A DNA stretch of 64,000 bases from the NCBI GenBank assembly GCA_043228905.1, contig JBHGNT010000022.1:1550001-1614000 (forward strand), written 5' to 3'. This stretch comes from Azolla caroliniana (taxonomy: Eukaryota > Plantae > Polypodiophyta). Positions 36,033 to 47,967 of this stretch are shown in pieces (positions within the stretch are counted from its first letter, which is position 1; each line of letters begins with the position of its first letter). Below the pieces are notes generated by a model that made no database searches, had not been told where the DNA came from, and was given only the letters and a program-made list of their open reading frames with translations. The translations under genes were made by a program, and so were the position numbers.

Positions 36033-36550
36033 TCGTTGCCTCTGTTGTAACCGCCGCCTGTGGCGAAGATCGTGAGCGCGAGGTCGTTGTGATATAGTGA
36101 TAGTTTGGAGTCTGTGGACTCCCGTGGTTTTTCGCTCTTAGGGTTTTCCATGTTAAACATCTTGCGTATTTTTCTCTCCTTTGTGTCGTGTTTTTCGCTT
36201 CCCGTTTTCTGTGTATGATTCTAAGCTCGGTTGTGGCTGAGCGTTGCGTATAGGGAGCGTGCAGTTCCCATCATTTTATGTGATTTTCACACCATTGTCG
36301 AAAATCTTCATGACATCCACCCCCACCAAACCGCATGTCCTCTGGTACGTGCCAAGAAGAGAGAGTGTGAGATTTCGGCTACGGTGATCAATTAGATTCT
36401 CCATGTCCTCATTCACATCCGTCATAGTATCTTCATCGTCGAGGTGATCGAGGTCAGGATCCTCGTCTTGTCTTTTCTTGAAAACCTTAACTCTTTTTCC
36501 CACAATGGGTATGGCCAACCTTGATCCATCTAGCTCTGCAAGGTGGTATG

Positions 36551-39500
36551 TGTTGAAAAACAGTGCTCGGCCACAACCGAGGAATGGGATCAACTCACAG
36601 AAAACAGGAAATAGAAAAATGCACAAAACAATAGAGAGAAAGGTACACTGGATGTTTTACGTGGAAAACCCTAAATGGGAAAAACCACGGGAGTCCTCAA
36701 ACTCCAACTATCACTATGAACAGGGATGTACACTGGTGAAGCTACAAGGCAACAACCTTGAGCTCACTGTCTTCGCCACAGGCGGCGGTAATACACAGAG
36801 GCAACGACCTCTTCGTCTCTCACTCTCTCTCTCGGCTGCTCTCGCTTCTCATGAAAAATGAGCAACAACATAAAACTGTTTGCCCTAAGTCATATTTATA
36901 CACATATGACTTTCGGGCTATTTACAAATATAGCCTCAAGGGCTCTTGGCAAACATATTCACAAATATGTCTCCGCATCCGGATCTCTCTCCGGGTACAT
37001 TCATCATCCGGTTCCGTAACCGGGGTCTTCATCATCCGGCTCCGTAACCGGGGTCTTCATCATCCGGTTCCGTAACCGGGGTCTTCATCATCCGGCTCCG
37101 TAACCGCAACCGGGCTTGCCGTCATTCATCTCCGGACATCCCATCCGGAGGGACCGAAATCCCAACAAACTCCCCCTTCACTTCGGCATGGGATGTCTCT
37201 CCAGTCCGATCCTCTTCCGGCATGCTTCCAGCTTGTCGGGTGTGAGCACCTTGGTCAGCATATCTGACCCGTTCTCGTCCGTGTGGACCTTCGTCAGCTC
37301 GAACTCCTTGTCTTCTATCCTTTCCCGGATCCAGTGATATCTTCGCTGGATGTGCTTCGTCCGGGAGTGATAAGCCGCGTTCTTCGCAAGGTGGATGGCA
37401 CTCTGACTGTCGCAGTAGAGTCGGTACTCCTCCTGCTGGATACCGAGCTCTCTAATGAAATCCTTCATCCATATTATTTCCTTGCCGGCTTCAACAGCTG
37501 CCATGTACTCCGCCTCCGTGGTTGACAACGCAACCGTCTTCTGCAGCCTCGACTGCCACGAAACGGCTCCCCCTGCATAGGTCATCACATACCCTGATGT
37601 GGACCGGCTGGTATCTGCATCAGCCGACATATCCGAATCGGTGAAGCCGTCGAGTTCAGGCTTACCGGAGCCGAATCGGAGGCACACGTTTGCCGTGCCC
37701 TTCAGGTATCGAAGTATCCACTTGACCGCGTTCCAATGCTCTTTGCCGGGATTGCTCATGTACCGGCTCACCACTCCGACTGCGTATCCAATGTCTGGTC
37801 TTGTACACACCATTGCGTACATCAAGCTTCCGACAGCAGAGGCATATGGTACTTTCATCATGTCCTCTTTCTCAGCCTTTGTCCTGGGGCTTTGCTTGCT
37901 GGACAGCTTGCAGTTTGCCAGGAGGGTTGATCCGACCGGTCTTGCTTCCGACATGTTGAACCGTTGAAGCACCTTTGTCACGTACTTCTCCTGTGACAGC
38001 CACAACTGCTTCTTGCTCCGGTCCCGGATGATGTGCATCCCTAGTATTTGTCTCGCCGGACCCAAGTCCTTCATTGAGAAGGGTCGGTGAAGAGCCTTCT
38101 TCAGCATCCGTATCTTGACCTGGTCCCGTCCGACGATCAACATGTCGTCCACGTACAAGAGGAGTATTAGAGAGTCTCCTCCTTCGAACTTCTTCACAAA
38201 CACGCAGTGGTCAGACTGCGTTTTGTGGTACCCTTCGTCGGTCATGAAGGAGTCGAACTTCCGGTACCATTGCCGGGGAGCCTGCTTCAGTCCGTAAAGG
38301 CTCTTCTTCAACCGGCATACCAGGTGCTCCTTCCCTTTCTTCTCGAATCCTTCCGGTTGCTGCATGTAGATCTCTTCATCGAGGTCGCCGTGAAGGAATG
38401 CCGTCTTCACGTCCATCTGTTCTACCTCGAGGTCCATGCTTGCCGCTATGCTCAGCACCGTCCGGATGGAGGTCATCTTTACTACCGGGGCAAATATCTC
38501 GTCGAAGTCGACGCCCTTCTTTTGCTGAAACCCCTTCACCACGATCCTGGCTTTGTATCTCGGGGGGTTTCCGGCATCTCCCGGTTTCAGCTTGAACACC
38601 CACTTGTTTCGAAGTGCCCGCTTTCCTTTCGGCAACTCCACAAGTTCATATGTGTGATTCTCATGCAGGGAATCCATCTCGTCCTGCATGGCACTCGACC
38701 ACCTGCGGCTCTGGGTGTCATGTTTTGCTTCTTCAAAACTTTCCGGCTCCCCCTCGTCTGTTAGCAGCACGTGCTCTGGTTCCGGAAATCTCCGGGGGGC
38801 CCTTCTCTCTCTTAGAGGATATCTCCGTTCGGGGGCTTCGGTAACCGGTTCTTCCGATTCTTCTTCTTCATCGGAATCCATTTCGGGATCGGGGCCGGTT
38901 CCGGTATCATTTTCATCTTCTTCGGCCGGTTCTGTTTCTTCACCGTCTTCGGCCGGATCCTCGAGTGCTAACCGGTCCCTTGCCGGTCGGGACTGCTCCT
39001 CGTAGAGTTGATCCTCACCGGTCGACTTTGAGCTCTTCATCTTCTTCTCCGACTCCCAGTCGGCGAGTGTCTTGTCCTCCATGAAGATGATGTCTCGACT
39101 CCTGAATATCTTCTTGTCGACCGGGTCCCATACTCGGTAGCCGAACTCGTCGTCACCGTAACCGAGGAATATGCATGGCCGGGTCTTTGGATCTAGCTTT
39201 CCTCTCCGGTCCTTTGCCACATGCACGTATGCGAGACACCCGAACACCTTCAGATGCCGGTAGGATACTTCCCTACCGGTCCACACTCTCTGCGGCGTGT
39301 CTCCGTCCAAAGGTACTGAGGGTGATCTGTTTATCACGTATGTCGCCGTCGACATCGCCTCAGCCCAAAACCCCTTGGGTAATTTCGCATGCGCCAGCAT
39401 ACTCCGGACCCTCTCCATTATGGTCCGGTTCATCCTCTCGGCCAGCCCGTTCAGTTCCGGCGTCTTCGGCACAGTAAACTCGAGCCGGATTCCCTTCGAG

Positions 39501-41902
39501 CGACAGTACTCCTGGAACTGCCCCCGGTATTCCCCTCCGTTATCCGCTCGTATCGCTTTCAGCTTCTTGCCGGATTCTCTTTCCACTCTCGCGTGGAGTT
39601 CTTTGAAGACGGACAACACTTGGTCCTTTGTCTTCAACGGTGCCGTCCACAGCTTCCGGCTGTGGTCATCAATGAATGTCACGAAGTACTGGGCTCCGCC
39701 ATGTGACTTCGTTTCTACCTGACACACATCAGTGTGCACCAGCTCCAATGGTGCGCTACGTCTCGTCGGTGGCCTTGAGTGGAAGGAGGTCCGGTTTTGC
39801 TTACCGGCCAGGCAGTCGGTGCACTTCTCCAGGTGCACATGCTTCACTGGAATAAGGTTGTCTTCTGCAAGCCTCTTCATCCCCTTCTCACTCATGTGGC
39901 ACAGTCTCTTGTGCCACAGCTCACCGGCAGTGTCGGCTGCCACGTTCAGCTCCTCCGGACAGAGCCGGGAATTCATCAGGTACAGGGTGTTGACCTTCCG
40001 GGCCCGAGCCACTATCAGGCTCCCTTTGCTGAACTTCATGACACCGTTCCGGATGCTACCCGTGTAGCCTTCATCGTCTAGCCTCCCGGCCGAAATCAGG
40101 TTCAATCGAACCTCCGGAACGTGTCGAACATCCTTCAGCAGCATTTTGCATCCGGTCGGGGTTGTCAACCACACGTCTCCTATGCCGGCAATCCGGCACG
40201 TACCTTCATTCCCCATCCGAACGCAGCCATGCTCACCGGCTGTGTAGGATGAGAAGTATCTTCTCTCCGGGGTCAGGTGGAACGATGCTCCGGAATCGAC
40301 CACCCAGGTCGTCTCATCGCCGGCTACGTTTAGTTCATCTTCTTCGGTGATGAGCATGATTTCTTCCTCACTTGCCGCGAGTGCCGTTGTTCCTTTCCGG
40401 TCCTGCCCTCGCCGGTCCGAACCTCTCCGGTCCGTGGCTCCCCGGTATGCACCGTTTCTCTCCGGTGACTTCTTCGAATCGGTGTCGTCGGCTCCGTCGT
40501 CCTTTCGGTAATGCCGACAATTCTTCCGGAAGTGCCCCGGCTTCCCACAGTGGAAGCATGTGGGCCTTCCTCTTGACTGCGACCGGGTCCCCGACTTCTC
40601 TCGTCTTTGCGGACTCCGGTGCCATTGTCTTCCCCGATCCGATTCGGTAAGCAGCGCCTTCGAGTCGGAGACCGGTTCTTTATCTCTCCGACGCGCTTCT
40701 TCGTTCAAAATACTTGTCTTTACCGTTTGCAGGGACAAGTTATCTTCCGTGCAGGAGGTGCTGAGAGTCACCACCAAGTTCTCCCAGCTTTCCGGCAATG
40801 TACACATCAGGATGATGGCTTGCATTGCATCCTCCAACGGGAACTTGATCGCCGCAAGCTGGTTCACGAATCCCATGAACGTGCTTACGTGTTCCACCAT
40901 ACTTTCGCCGTCCCGGTACTTGAGGTTCACTATCTTTCTCATCAGGGAGGTCCGGTTCAACGCATTCTTCCTCTCGTAGAGGCCCGACAGCTTCCTCCAC
41001 ATCTCATATGCGTTGGTGTCGTTCGCCACGTGTTGTAGAACGCTCACGTCGACGTATTGCCGAATGGTTGCAACGGCTTTCCGGTTCAGAAGCCTCCACT
41101 CCGTCTCAAGTACCCCCTTGGGTATTTCCGACCTGTCGATCGGTTCATACAGGTCCCGAACAATGAGCAGATCCTCCATCTTTATCTTCCAGTCGGCGTA
41201 GTTCTGCGCGTTCAGCACCATCATGCCCGGAGGCCCACTACCGCCGCCTTCCATTTTCTGTGTTACCGTCGCTCTGATACCAGTTTGTTGAAAAACAGTG
41301 CTCGGCCACAACCGAGGAATGGGATCAACTCACAGAAAACAGGAAATAGAAAAATGCACAAAACAATAGAGAGAAAGGTACACTGGATGTTTTACGTGGA
41401 AAACCCTAAATGGGAAAAACCACGGGAGTCCTCAAACTCCAACTATCACTATGAACAGGGATGTACACTGGTGAAGCTACAAGGCAACAACCTTGAGCTC
41501 ACTGTCTTCGCCACAGGCGGCGGTAATACACAGAGGCAACGACCTCTTCGTCTCTCACTCTCTCTCTCGGCTGCTCTCGCTTCTCATGAAAAATGAGCAA
41601 CAACATAAAACTGTTTGCCCTAAGTCATATTTATACACATATGACTTTCGGGCTATTTACAAATATAGCCTCAAGGGCTCTTGGCAAACATATTCACAAA
41701 TATGTCTCCGCATCCGGATCTCTCTCCGGGTACATTCATCATCCGGTTCCGTAACCGGGGTCTTCATCATCCGGCTCCGTAACCGGGGTCTTCATCATCC
41801 GGTTCCGTAACCGGGGTCTTCATCATCCGGCTCCGTAACCGCAACCGGGCTTGCCGTCATTCATCTCCGGACATCCCATCCGGAGGGACCGAAATCCCAA
41901 CA
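36551..41902 (-). mobile_element. Copia B (Tnt1/Tork-like), intact
   Basis: 617-bp LTRs 36551-37167 and 41286-41902, identical by eye; TSD GTATG at 36546-36550 and 41903-41907; PBS TGGTATCAGAGC; PPT GAAGGGGGAG; four 28-bp tandem units in U3. Confidence 0.97.
37178..41254 (-). CDS. Copia B gag-pol polyprotein, 1358 aa
   Basis: Uninterrupted ORF from the first ATG after the PBS: CCHC, DSGAS protease, HHCC/DDE integrase, YVDD RT, RNase H. Confidence 0.96.
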   Translation of the reverse strand: MEGGGSGPPGMMVLNAQNYADWKIKMEDLLIVRDLYEPIDRSEIPKGVLETEWRLLNRKAVATIRQYVDVSVLQHVANDTNAYEMWRKLSGLYERKNALNRTSLMRKIVNLKYRDGESMVEHVSTFMGFVNQLAAIKFPLEDAMQAIILMCTLPESWENLVVTLSTSCTEDNLSLQTVKTSILNEEARRRDKEPVSDSKALLTESDRGRQWHRSPQRREKSGTRSQSRGRPTCFHCGKPGHFRKNCRHYRKDDGADDTDSKKSPERNGAYRGATDRRGSDRRGQDRKGTTALAASEEEIMLITEEDELNVAGDETTWVVDSGASFHLTPERRYFSSYTAGEHGCVRMGNEGTCRIAGIGDVWLTTPTGCKMLLKDVRHVPEVRLNLISAGRLDDEGYTGSIRNGVMKFSKGSLIVARARKVNTLYLMNSRLCPEELNVAADTAGELWHKRLCHMSEKGMKRLAEDNLIPVKHVHLEKCTDCLAGKQNRTSFHSRPPTRRSAPLELVHTDVCQVETKSHGGAQYFVTFIDDHSRKLWTAPLKTKDQVLSVFKELHARVERESGKKLKAIRADNGGEYRGQFQEYCRSKGIRLEFTVPKTPELNGLAERMNRTIMERVRSMLAHAKLPKGFWAEAMSTATYVINRSPSVPLDGDTPQRVWTGREVSYRHLKVFGCLAYVHVAKDRRGKLDPKTRPCIFLGYGDDEFGYRVWDPVDKKIFRSRDIIFMEDKTLADWESEKKMKSSKSTGEDQLYEEQSRPARDRLALEDPAEDGEETEPAEEDENDTGTGPDPEMDSDEEEESEEPVTEAPERRYPLRERRAPRRFPEPEHVLLTDEGEPESFEEAKHDTQSRRWSSAMQDEMDSLHENHTYELVELPKGKRALRNKWVFKLKPGDAGNPPRYKARIVVKGFQQKKGVDFDEIFAPVVKMTSIRTVLSIAASMDLEVEQMDVKTAFLHGDLDEEIYMQQPEGFEKKGKEHLVCRLKKSLYGLKQAPRQWYRKFDSFMTDEGYHKTQSDHCVFVKKFEGGDSLILLLYVDDMLIVGRDQVKIRMLKKALHRPFSMKDLGPARQILGMHIIRDRSKKQLWLSQEKYVTKVLQRFNMSEARPVGSTLLANCKLSSKQSPRTKAEKEDMMKVPYASAVGSLMYAMVCTRPDIGYAVGVVSRYMSNPGKEHWNAVKWILRYLKGTANVCLRFGSGKPELDGFTDSDMSADADTSRSTSGYVMTYAGGAVSWQSRLQKTVALSTTEAEYMAAVEAGKEIIWMKDFIRELGIQQEEYRLYCDSQSAIHLAKNAAYHSRTKHIQRRYHWIRERIEDKEFELTKVHTDENGSDMLTKVLTPDKLEACRKRIGLERHPMPK

Positions 41903-41907
41903 GTATG

Positions 41908-44900
41908 TGGCATTGTCGTTGGCACTTATCACCACATACGGTATGAACCATCTTCTTACGAACTTCCTTGTTGTACTGTGTTGATTGTCAAGGCTGCCGT
42001 CGTAGACTAATACCCAATCTCCTTCTTCAATCTTCTTGGGATGCAGTCGATGCGTCTTGTCGAACCGAATTTTGTTCTTCACTAAGGCTACCTCCATCAT
42101 TTTTCGTGCATGTTTTGGATCTTCAGGTCTCCTTTCAAGTTGCCTTATCCGTGCCGCTAATAATTCTTCTCGGCTCATCTCGTTCTCCCATGGTATCGCT
42201 ACCCATGAGGCGATTGTCCTTTCGATGGGCATCACCGGCTTTTGACCATGTTCCATAGATAAGCTCCGTTGGCATATACCCTGTCACTGAGATGTGTGTC
42301 GTTCTGTAGGCCCACAAGGCATAGGGCAATTCCCGACTTGACCGTTGCATGCTCGTATGATGGCTTTGACGATCTTCCCATTCGCTTCTGGATTGTAGGT
42401 AGTCGTGAGGGAGAGCTTCACGCCTAGTCGTTCGAAAAGCTCCGTTGCTTCGTGTGCGTCCAACTCCCCTCGGTCGGAGACTATCTTCCCCACACATCCG
42501 TATAGGCAGACAACCTCTTCAAGTAGAAATTTGCAAACAATTGACGTCGTCTTATTTGTCAAGGCCCGCCCTTCCACTTGATTTGTCAAGTCTTCTCTTG
42601 CTAGCACTAAGTACTTCATTTGTCCCACTCCCATTGGTATCGAGACCAGATCAACCATCCATTTGAAGTGTATGGTGAGCGGGTATGTTGGTCGTAGCTC
42701 ATCATGATGACGTATGTTGGAATGTATTTGGCAAGTTTCGCATGTGGACACGAAATGGAATACATCTTTGTACATGCTTGGCCACCAATACTTTTCCTTC
42801 AACTTTTCAAACGTCGCCCATGTTCCTCTATGACCTGCCCAAGCACTCTCGTGGAATTTGGTCATCAACGTCCCTTGCTCTTCTTTCTTCACCACCACTC
42901 GACGTGGTATTCCCATCCTTCTTTTTGGGTGTCACCAAAGGAAGCCTCCCTTCAGGAAGTATCGATAAGCTTTCTTTCGGATTCGTAGAGCCTCCTCCTT
43001 TGTCAACAAAGCATTTGTCGTCATTGTTCTTAAGAATCTGCCGATCAGTAACCACTCTCCTTCGTACTTGACCTCGTTGAAGGTGTGGAGGGTTAGCGTG
43101 TCCTTGTCTTCCACCGATAATCGAGTCATCTTGAAGAAGTCGAGGGTGACGTCTTCATCTTCCAAAACCATGTCACTTTCACTTTCAAATCTTGCCCTTG
43201 ACAGCATATAAGCCATGGCGTTCTTCTTGCCTGCAATGTGGCGGATCTCTAGGCTTAAAGACTTGATATAGGCGATCCACCTTAGCATAGCTAAATCTGG
43301 GGTCGCACATCCCGATATCATTTTGAGGATTGGGAGACAATCTGTCTCTATTATCACTTCCGACCCGATCAAGTAATCTTTGTCCGTCTTCACTGCCGAC
43401 ACAATACCCCAAAGTTCCCGCTTGACTTGGGCGTATCTTTGTTGCCGTTCGCTGAGAACTTTTGCTCCGAACCGGATGGCATATTGTGCATTATCTTCTC
43501 CTTCTTGGTTGATGACCCACCCGATTCCGGTTGGGCTCGTATCTACAATGACATAAATCGGCTTTCCTTCGGTATAGTTGGCCTTTCTTAGTGCTAGAGC
43601 TTCAAGAAGTAGTTTCTTCAATCTTCGCATCGCGTTCGTATGCTCGTCACGCCATTCGAACTTCACTCTTTTCTTTAGCAATCCATATAATGGCTCGACG
43701 ACATGAGCGTAGTGCGGAATCCATATATGGTAAAATACACATGCTACAAGGAACCTTCAAACCTCTGTTTGGTTTACGCATTCTTCTTTCATGTCCTGGA
43801 TCGCGTTCACCTTTGATGGCGAAGGCTTCCGGCCGTATGCTCCACATAAGTGACCTACCACCAAGATCTCTAGTTTCCTGAATGCGGATTTCTCTCCCGA
43901 AAATGTGAAATTCGCGTCTTCGAGCCTTTGGAGCACCTTCTCGCAATCTTTCATATGATCCGCGACGAACTTTCTACACCCTTCCTTATCTTTTGATTCA
44001 TTCTTCTCTTCATCCAAACATCCTTTTATTGGAATATCATCCAAGAATGGCATCGTAATGTCCGGGATGCAATCCTTCAAGACCTTGTTCATGGCATTCA
44101 CCATATGAGCCACCGAGTTCGTTGCACCTTGAGGTAAGGTACACATCCGCACGAGCCCGATCGGAGTCCTCATGGTTGTAATGTCATGACTATCGATCGC
44201 CAATTGGAATTGGTCATATCCGGAGTAGAGATCACCAATGGAGTAGATGGACCAGCCCGCAAACGCCTCGGCAAATTCGTCCACGCTCGGATCGATTCCA
44301 ACATTTCGAATTGTCACCTTGTTGACGAGTTGAAGATCCTGGATAAATCGCAATGATCCATTCTTCTTCGGCACCGTGAACCACCTATTAGAGCAAGGAG
44401 CATTCGACGGATCTCGAATACCCATATTCACTTTCTCCTTTAAGAGCTCGATCAGCTTCGGAAGGTGCGCTCTTGGAATTGGTATCGGTTTCAAATTCCA
44501 AGGCACATGCGGCACTATGAAGATCACCATCGGCTCTATAATCTTTGGGTCGGCACATCCGATTTCTTGGGGAGAGAACGCGAAGGCTTTCCCATGCCTT
44601 TCAAGCATTTCACGAAACTTTCTCTCCTCTTCAAGGAGGAGGAAATCCTCCTTTCCAACTTGTAGCTTTCTTTTCGTCTCTTCGGTGAAGACATGACCTA
44701 TTGTCTTTGGATCCCTTAAGCTTGGATCATTAGTGACTTCCTTCATCTTTTGCTAGCTATCTTCCGGTAGCGGAACCGCAACTGGCTTAATATTCTTATA
44801 CACCGTTTTATATTTTGTGTTGACTTCAGCTTCCTCCATCAAGATGCCATGATAGTATTCATTGATGATAGTGTACATGTTGACGGAGTTAACCGAAATC

Positions 44901-47405
44901 ACGTGTTGGTCGTGAAGATAGCTCAAGTCCACGATGTCCTCGATTTCGCCGATGGTGTCGTTAAATGAGGCTTCTTCCATAATATGCGTCACGAACTCTT
45001 CTTCTTCTATTATGTTTTCTTCTTTCAACATCTTTTCGAATTCTTGTATCCGACGCTTGTCCTTCTTGTCGGGTAGTACTAGTTTACATGTGCCACTACG
45101 CGTGACACATGTTGCTTCTCCTCGCAATCCACGTGCTCTATTTTCTTGTGGGGACTTGTGATTGCTTAGACTATTTGTGCCCCATGCTCCAATAGTCCAT
45201 TCTAAAAATCCGAGGATTCGCCTCCAAGACTATCTCGATTTCTTTCGTGATTAGCTCGCAACGTTAGGAATTGAACAAATCTTTGGTTGTCAAGACTCTT
45301 TATTCGAGCAAATGCCGCACCATTGTCGAACACTTTGGTTTCCATCCGAGATGATGTGATATACGGTTGTCCTAGGATGACAGGATGCGACGCCGATTCT
45401 TGCATGAAGAAGTGTTGATCCATCTCCACATCCCCGATCGCGACTTTAACATTGGGACAAGCTTGGTACAAGTCCTCCATAGTCTTTGTTGCCGCGCGAA
45501 TCTTCCATTCGTGATTTGTATTGATTGGCCATTTTCCTTTTTTGTAGAAGTCGGTTGACATGAGGTTGATCTCCGAGTCGTGGTCGATCAAGGCTACCAC
45601 GGTTTCTTTCTTCTCCCCGAATTTCACCGGCATCTCCGTTGTCGCTCGTGCCCAATGAGGTCGAGTATAGTGGCTGTCCACCATTTCTTCATCGACTTCG
45701 TCTCTTGCCATCGTTATGGCATTTGCTTTCGCTTTTAGGGGCTTCTCTTCTTCTTCGTCCGATTGTTGCCATTTTCGCTTTACAAGGTCCACGATCGTGT
45801 CATGGAACTCCTTCTTCATAATGCCGAGTAGTTCCCTCAAGGACAAAGTCACTTGGCTATCAAGAACGCGTTCCTCTAGAATCTTCTTCAGGTCTATTGT
45901 CTGCTCTATGTCCGACCTTAGCTTATAGGTAGGCATAGTCCTTGCCTTTCGAACGGGGTCTTCAACACCAATCTTCACGGACCGAACCGTCTCTTCGACT
46001 CGTTTGCTCGACTCCACTTTTCGGCTAGCGTCTCCTTCCTCCATTTGTGAAGATCGACTCATTTCTACATCTTCTTTCTTTTTCACGTTCCTTGTTTCAT
46101 GTCTCTTTGATGGGCCTTGCTCTTCTATTCTCTTTCTCTTTTCTTCGACGAATACCTCGTGGTTGTCGCACATCACTCTGTGAGTATGGTGTTGTCATCC
46201 ACTGGATCCGACCACCCGGTTATGCTTTGCACGCTTCGGTTTGCAAGCTCTACCTCGTTCGATGTGACCTTCCCCATCTTCTCATACTCGAGAACGGAAG
46301 ACCAAAACTTTGCTCCCACTTTCACAACTTCATTTTTGTCTTTCCCGACTCTTATTCCGGCCGTTGCAGCATAGTGTATCGCATCCACATGAGTCGCCTC
46401 AGCATCTTCCATATATTTCTTCATTCCCCTTCTTCCGAAATTCACCTGTAGGGGTCTTTGAGTTTTAGTTGAGTAGATCATGTTGTCATATATGTATACG
46501 ATATTTTGTCGGATCGCCTCTCGAAGGCTCGCGCAATCCCTTCTCATGTGGTCCATGCTATCGCACCACACACATCTAAAGGGTTCTTTTCCTTTGGGGC
46601 CCCGACGATTCATGTTGGCTAGCGTGACCATCTCGAACTTCTTCGCTAGCTCTTCGATGATGTCGTCATCAATCTTCCTTTCTTCCGGGCTGCTTTGTTT
46701 GGGCGGCTTAGCTACTTTTGGTTGTCTTGTTTTCTCCGCAACAGTCAATCCCGCCAGGTCGGTGTCATCAACCCACTAACGATGCTTGTCGAGCCTATTG
46801 CATGCTTGCTTCACCGCAACCCAGTCCGCCACAAGCTCGTTCGCTTGGGTATCATCTTCGAGGAGAGTACCCAGTTCTCGTCTATCCTTTATATCCACAA
46901 CCTTTAGGAAGTACAAAGTTTTGTCCTCCTCAAGTAGCATTTGGTTTGTGGCGGGGAGACGACGAAACACTTGGTCAAATTCATCGTACACCCTCGAGGC
47001 ACTCATCTTCTTGTTCTTCTTTTCTATCCACTTCATCAAGGCATGTCGAGTCATCCTCGACAAATCTTCCATCGCGAACTCTGCTAATATTGCTTTCTCG
47101 AATTCCGACCACGTTGTCTTCCCTTCTTGAAGCTCAATGACGCGCCTTTGGATGTTGTTGGCGACCACTCTCTTGAAACTTGTGATTTGACGCGCTTCAG
47201 ACACGTCCCTTTGATTCATGTCCCTTCTATATGCATCAAGGAACTTTGTAATGTTCCTTCTGTCAAATTGACCCTCGAGCTCAACGACATGGTCGACAAC
47301 CTTCTCGACGCTCGCATCGTTGTCTCGAGATCTCATCATTTGTTCGACGATCAACATCATCCTTTCGAAGTCTCCCGCTTGATTGCTTGAGGACGCCATC
47401 TCCAA
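41908..47405 (-). pseudogene. Gypsy C gag, protease, RT, RNase H and integrase, broken by stops and frameshifts
   Basis: gag 47405-46173 with knuckle CVWCDSMDHMRRDC; protease VALIDHDSEINLM...VILGQPY; RT DLYSGYDQFQL, TLPQGATNS, FLDDIPIKG; RNase H VDTSPTGIG...ETDC; integrase AGHRG, WMVDL, SDRGE, NPEANG. Confidence 0.9.
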
Positions 47406-47440
47406 GTATTGGTCTCGACTTGATCCTTCCTACCGCCTCT

Positions 47441-47458
47441 TTCACGTCGGGTTCACCA
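47441..47458 (-). other. Primer-binding site complementary to the tRNA-Trp 3' end (gypsy C)
   Basis: The plus strand TTCACGTCGGGTTCACCA matches the 3' 18 nt including CCA of plant cytosolic tRNA-Trp as I recall it; it lies 8 nt inside the LTR end at 47467. Confidence 0.85.
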
Positions 47459-47895
47459 CTTAATTATGTTGTGAAGATCCGTCACTAGGCGCGGACCGTG
47501 AGGCGGAATCGCCGGGGTTCTGAACTGGAAGGATTCGAAGTTTATGCTAGTTTTAGTGAGAAAGTATTTAAGATAGATTGAGATGGCGAGAGAGAGATAT
47601 TGAAATAAAGATTTAACTCTTGATTTAGATTTGAAAGAGAAGATACATCAACAATAGGGTTATAAGTTTCTTATTTGATTATCCAAAAATTTTACATTAG
47701 TCCTTCCGTCTTTTTCCTCCCCTCTTTTATAGATGCCCTCATGCATGTGAGGGTACAAGACATGCATAAAATGCATGTTTGCCATTTGGTGCTCATGTAT
47801 TACATGTGGTGCATGATAACCATGTCACTCATTTTAGCTCTCATGTATGAGAATTTACATGTAAAGTTACAATGATAAAAATATAATTCTAAGAA

Positions 47896-47967
47896 AATGT
47901 GTTGGCTTAGTGGTAAGCCTATTGACTCTCAACTTGGAGGTGCAAGGTTCAAATCCTTACTTTCCCT
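47896..47967 (+). promoter_or_regulatory. tRNA-like Pol III internal promoter module in the gypsy C 5' LTR
   Basis: A box TGGCTTAGTGG at 47903-47913 and consensus B box GGTTCAAATCC at 47946-47956; D-arm-like GGCT/AGCC and T-arm-like AAGG-TTCAAAT-CCTT stems; followed by (TTTA)n. Confidence 0.68.

Larger units (their letters stand above)
23667..36273 (+). mobile_element. Copia A (Tnt1/Tork-like), full length but inactivated, interrupted by chromovirus F
   Basis: LTRs 23667-24419 and 35649-36273 (TG...CA); TSD TTTTA at 23662-23666 and 36274-36278; PBS TGGTATTAGAGC; PPT GAAGGGGGAG. Confidence 0.95.

Noticed and set aside
41255-41311. N-terminal ORF extensions of B (also E 48934-48987 and ERF 1484-1513)
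   Set aside because: They begin at non-ATG codons inside the LTR/PBS or a microsatellite; the true ATGs are downstream.
47896-47967. Functional tRNA gene
   Set aside because: The acceptor stem and anticodon arm do not pair properly; reported only as a tRNA-like promoter module.
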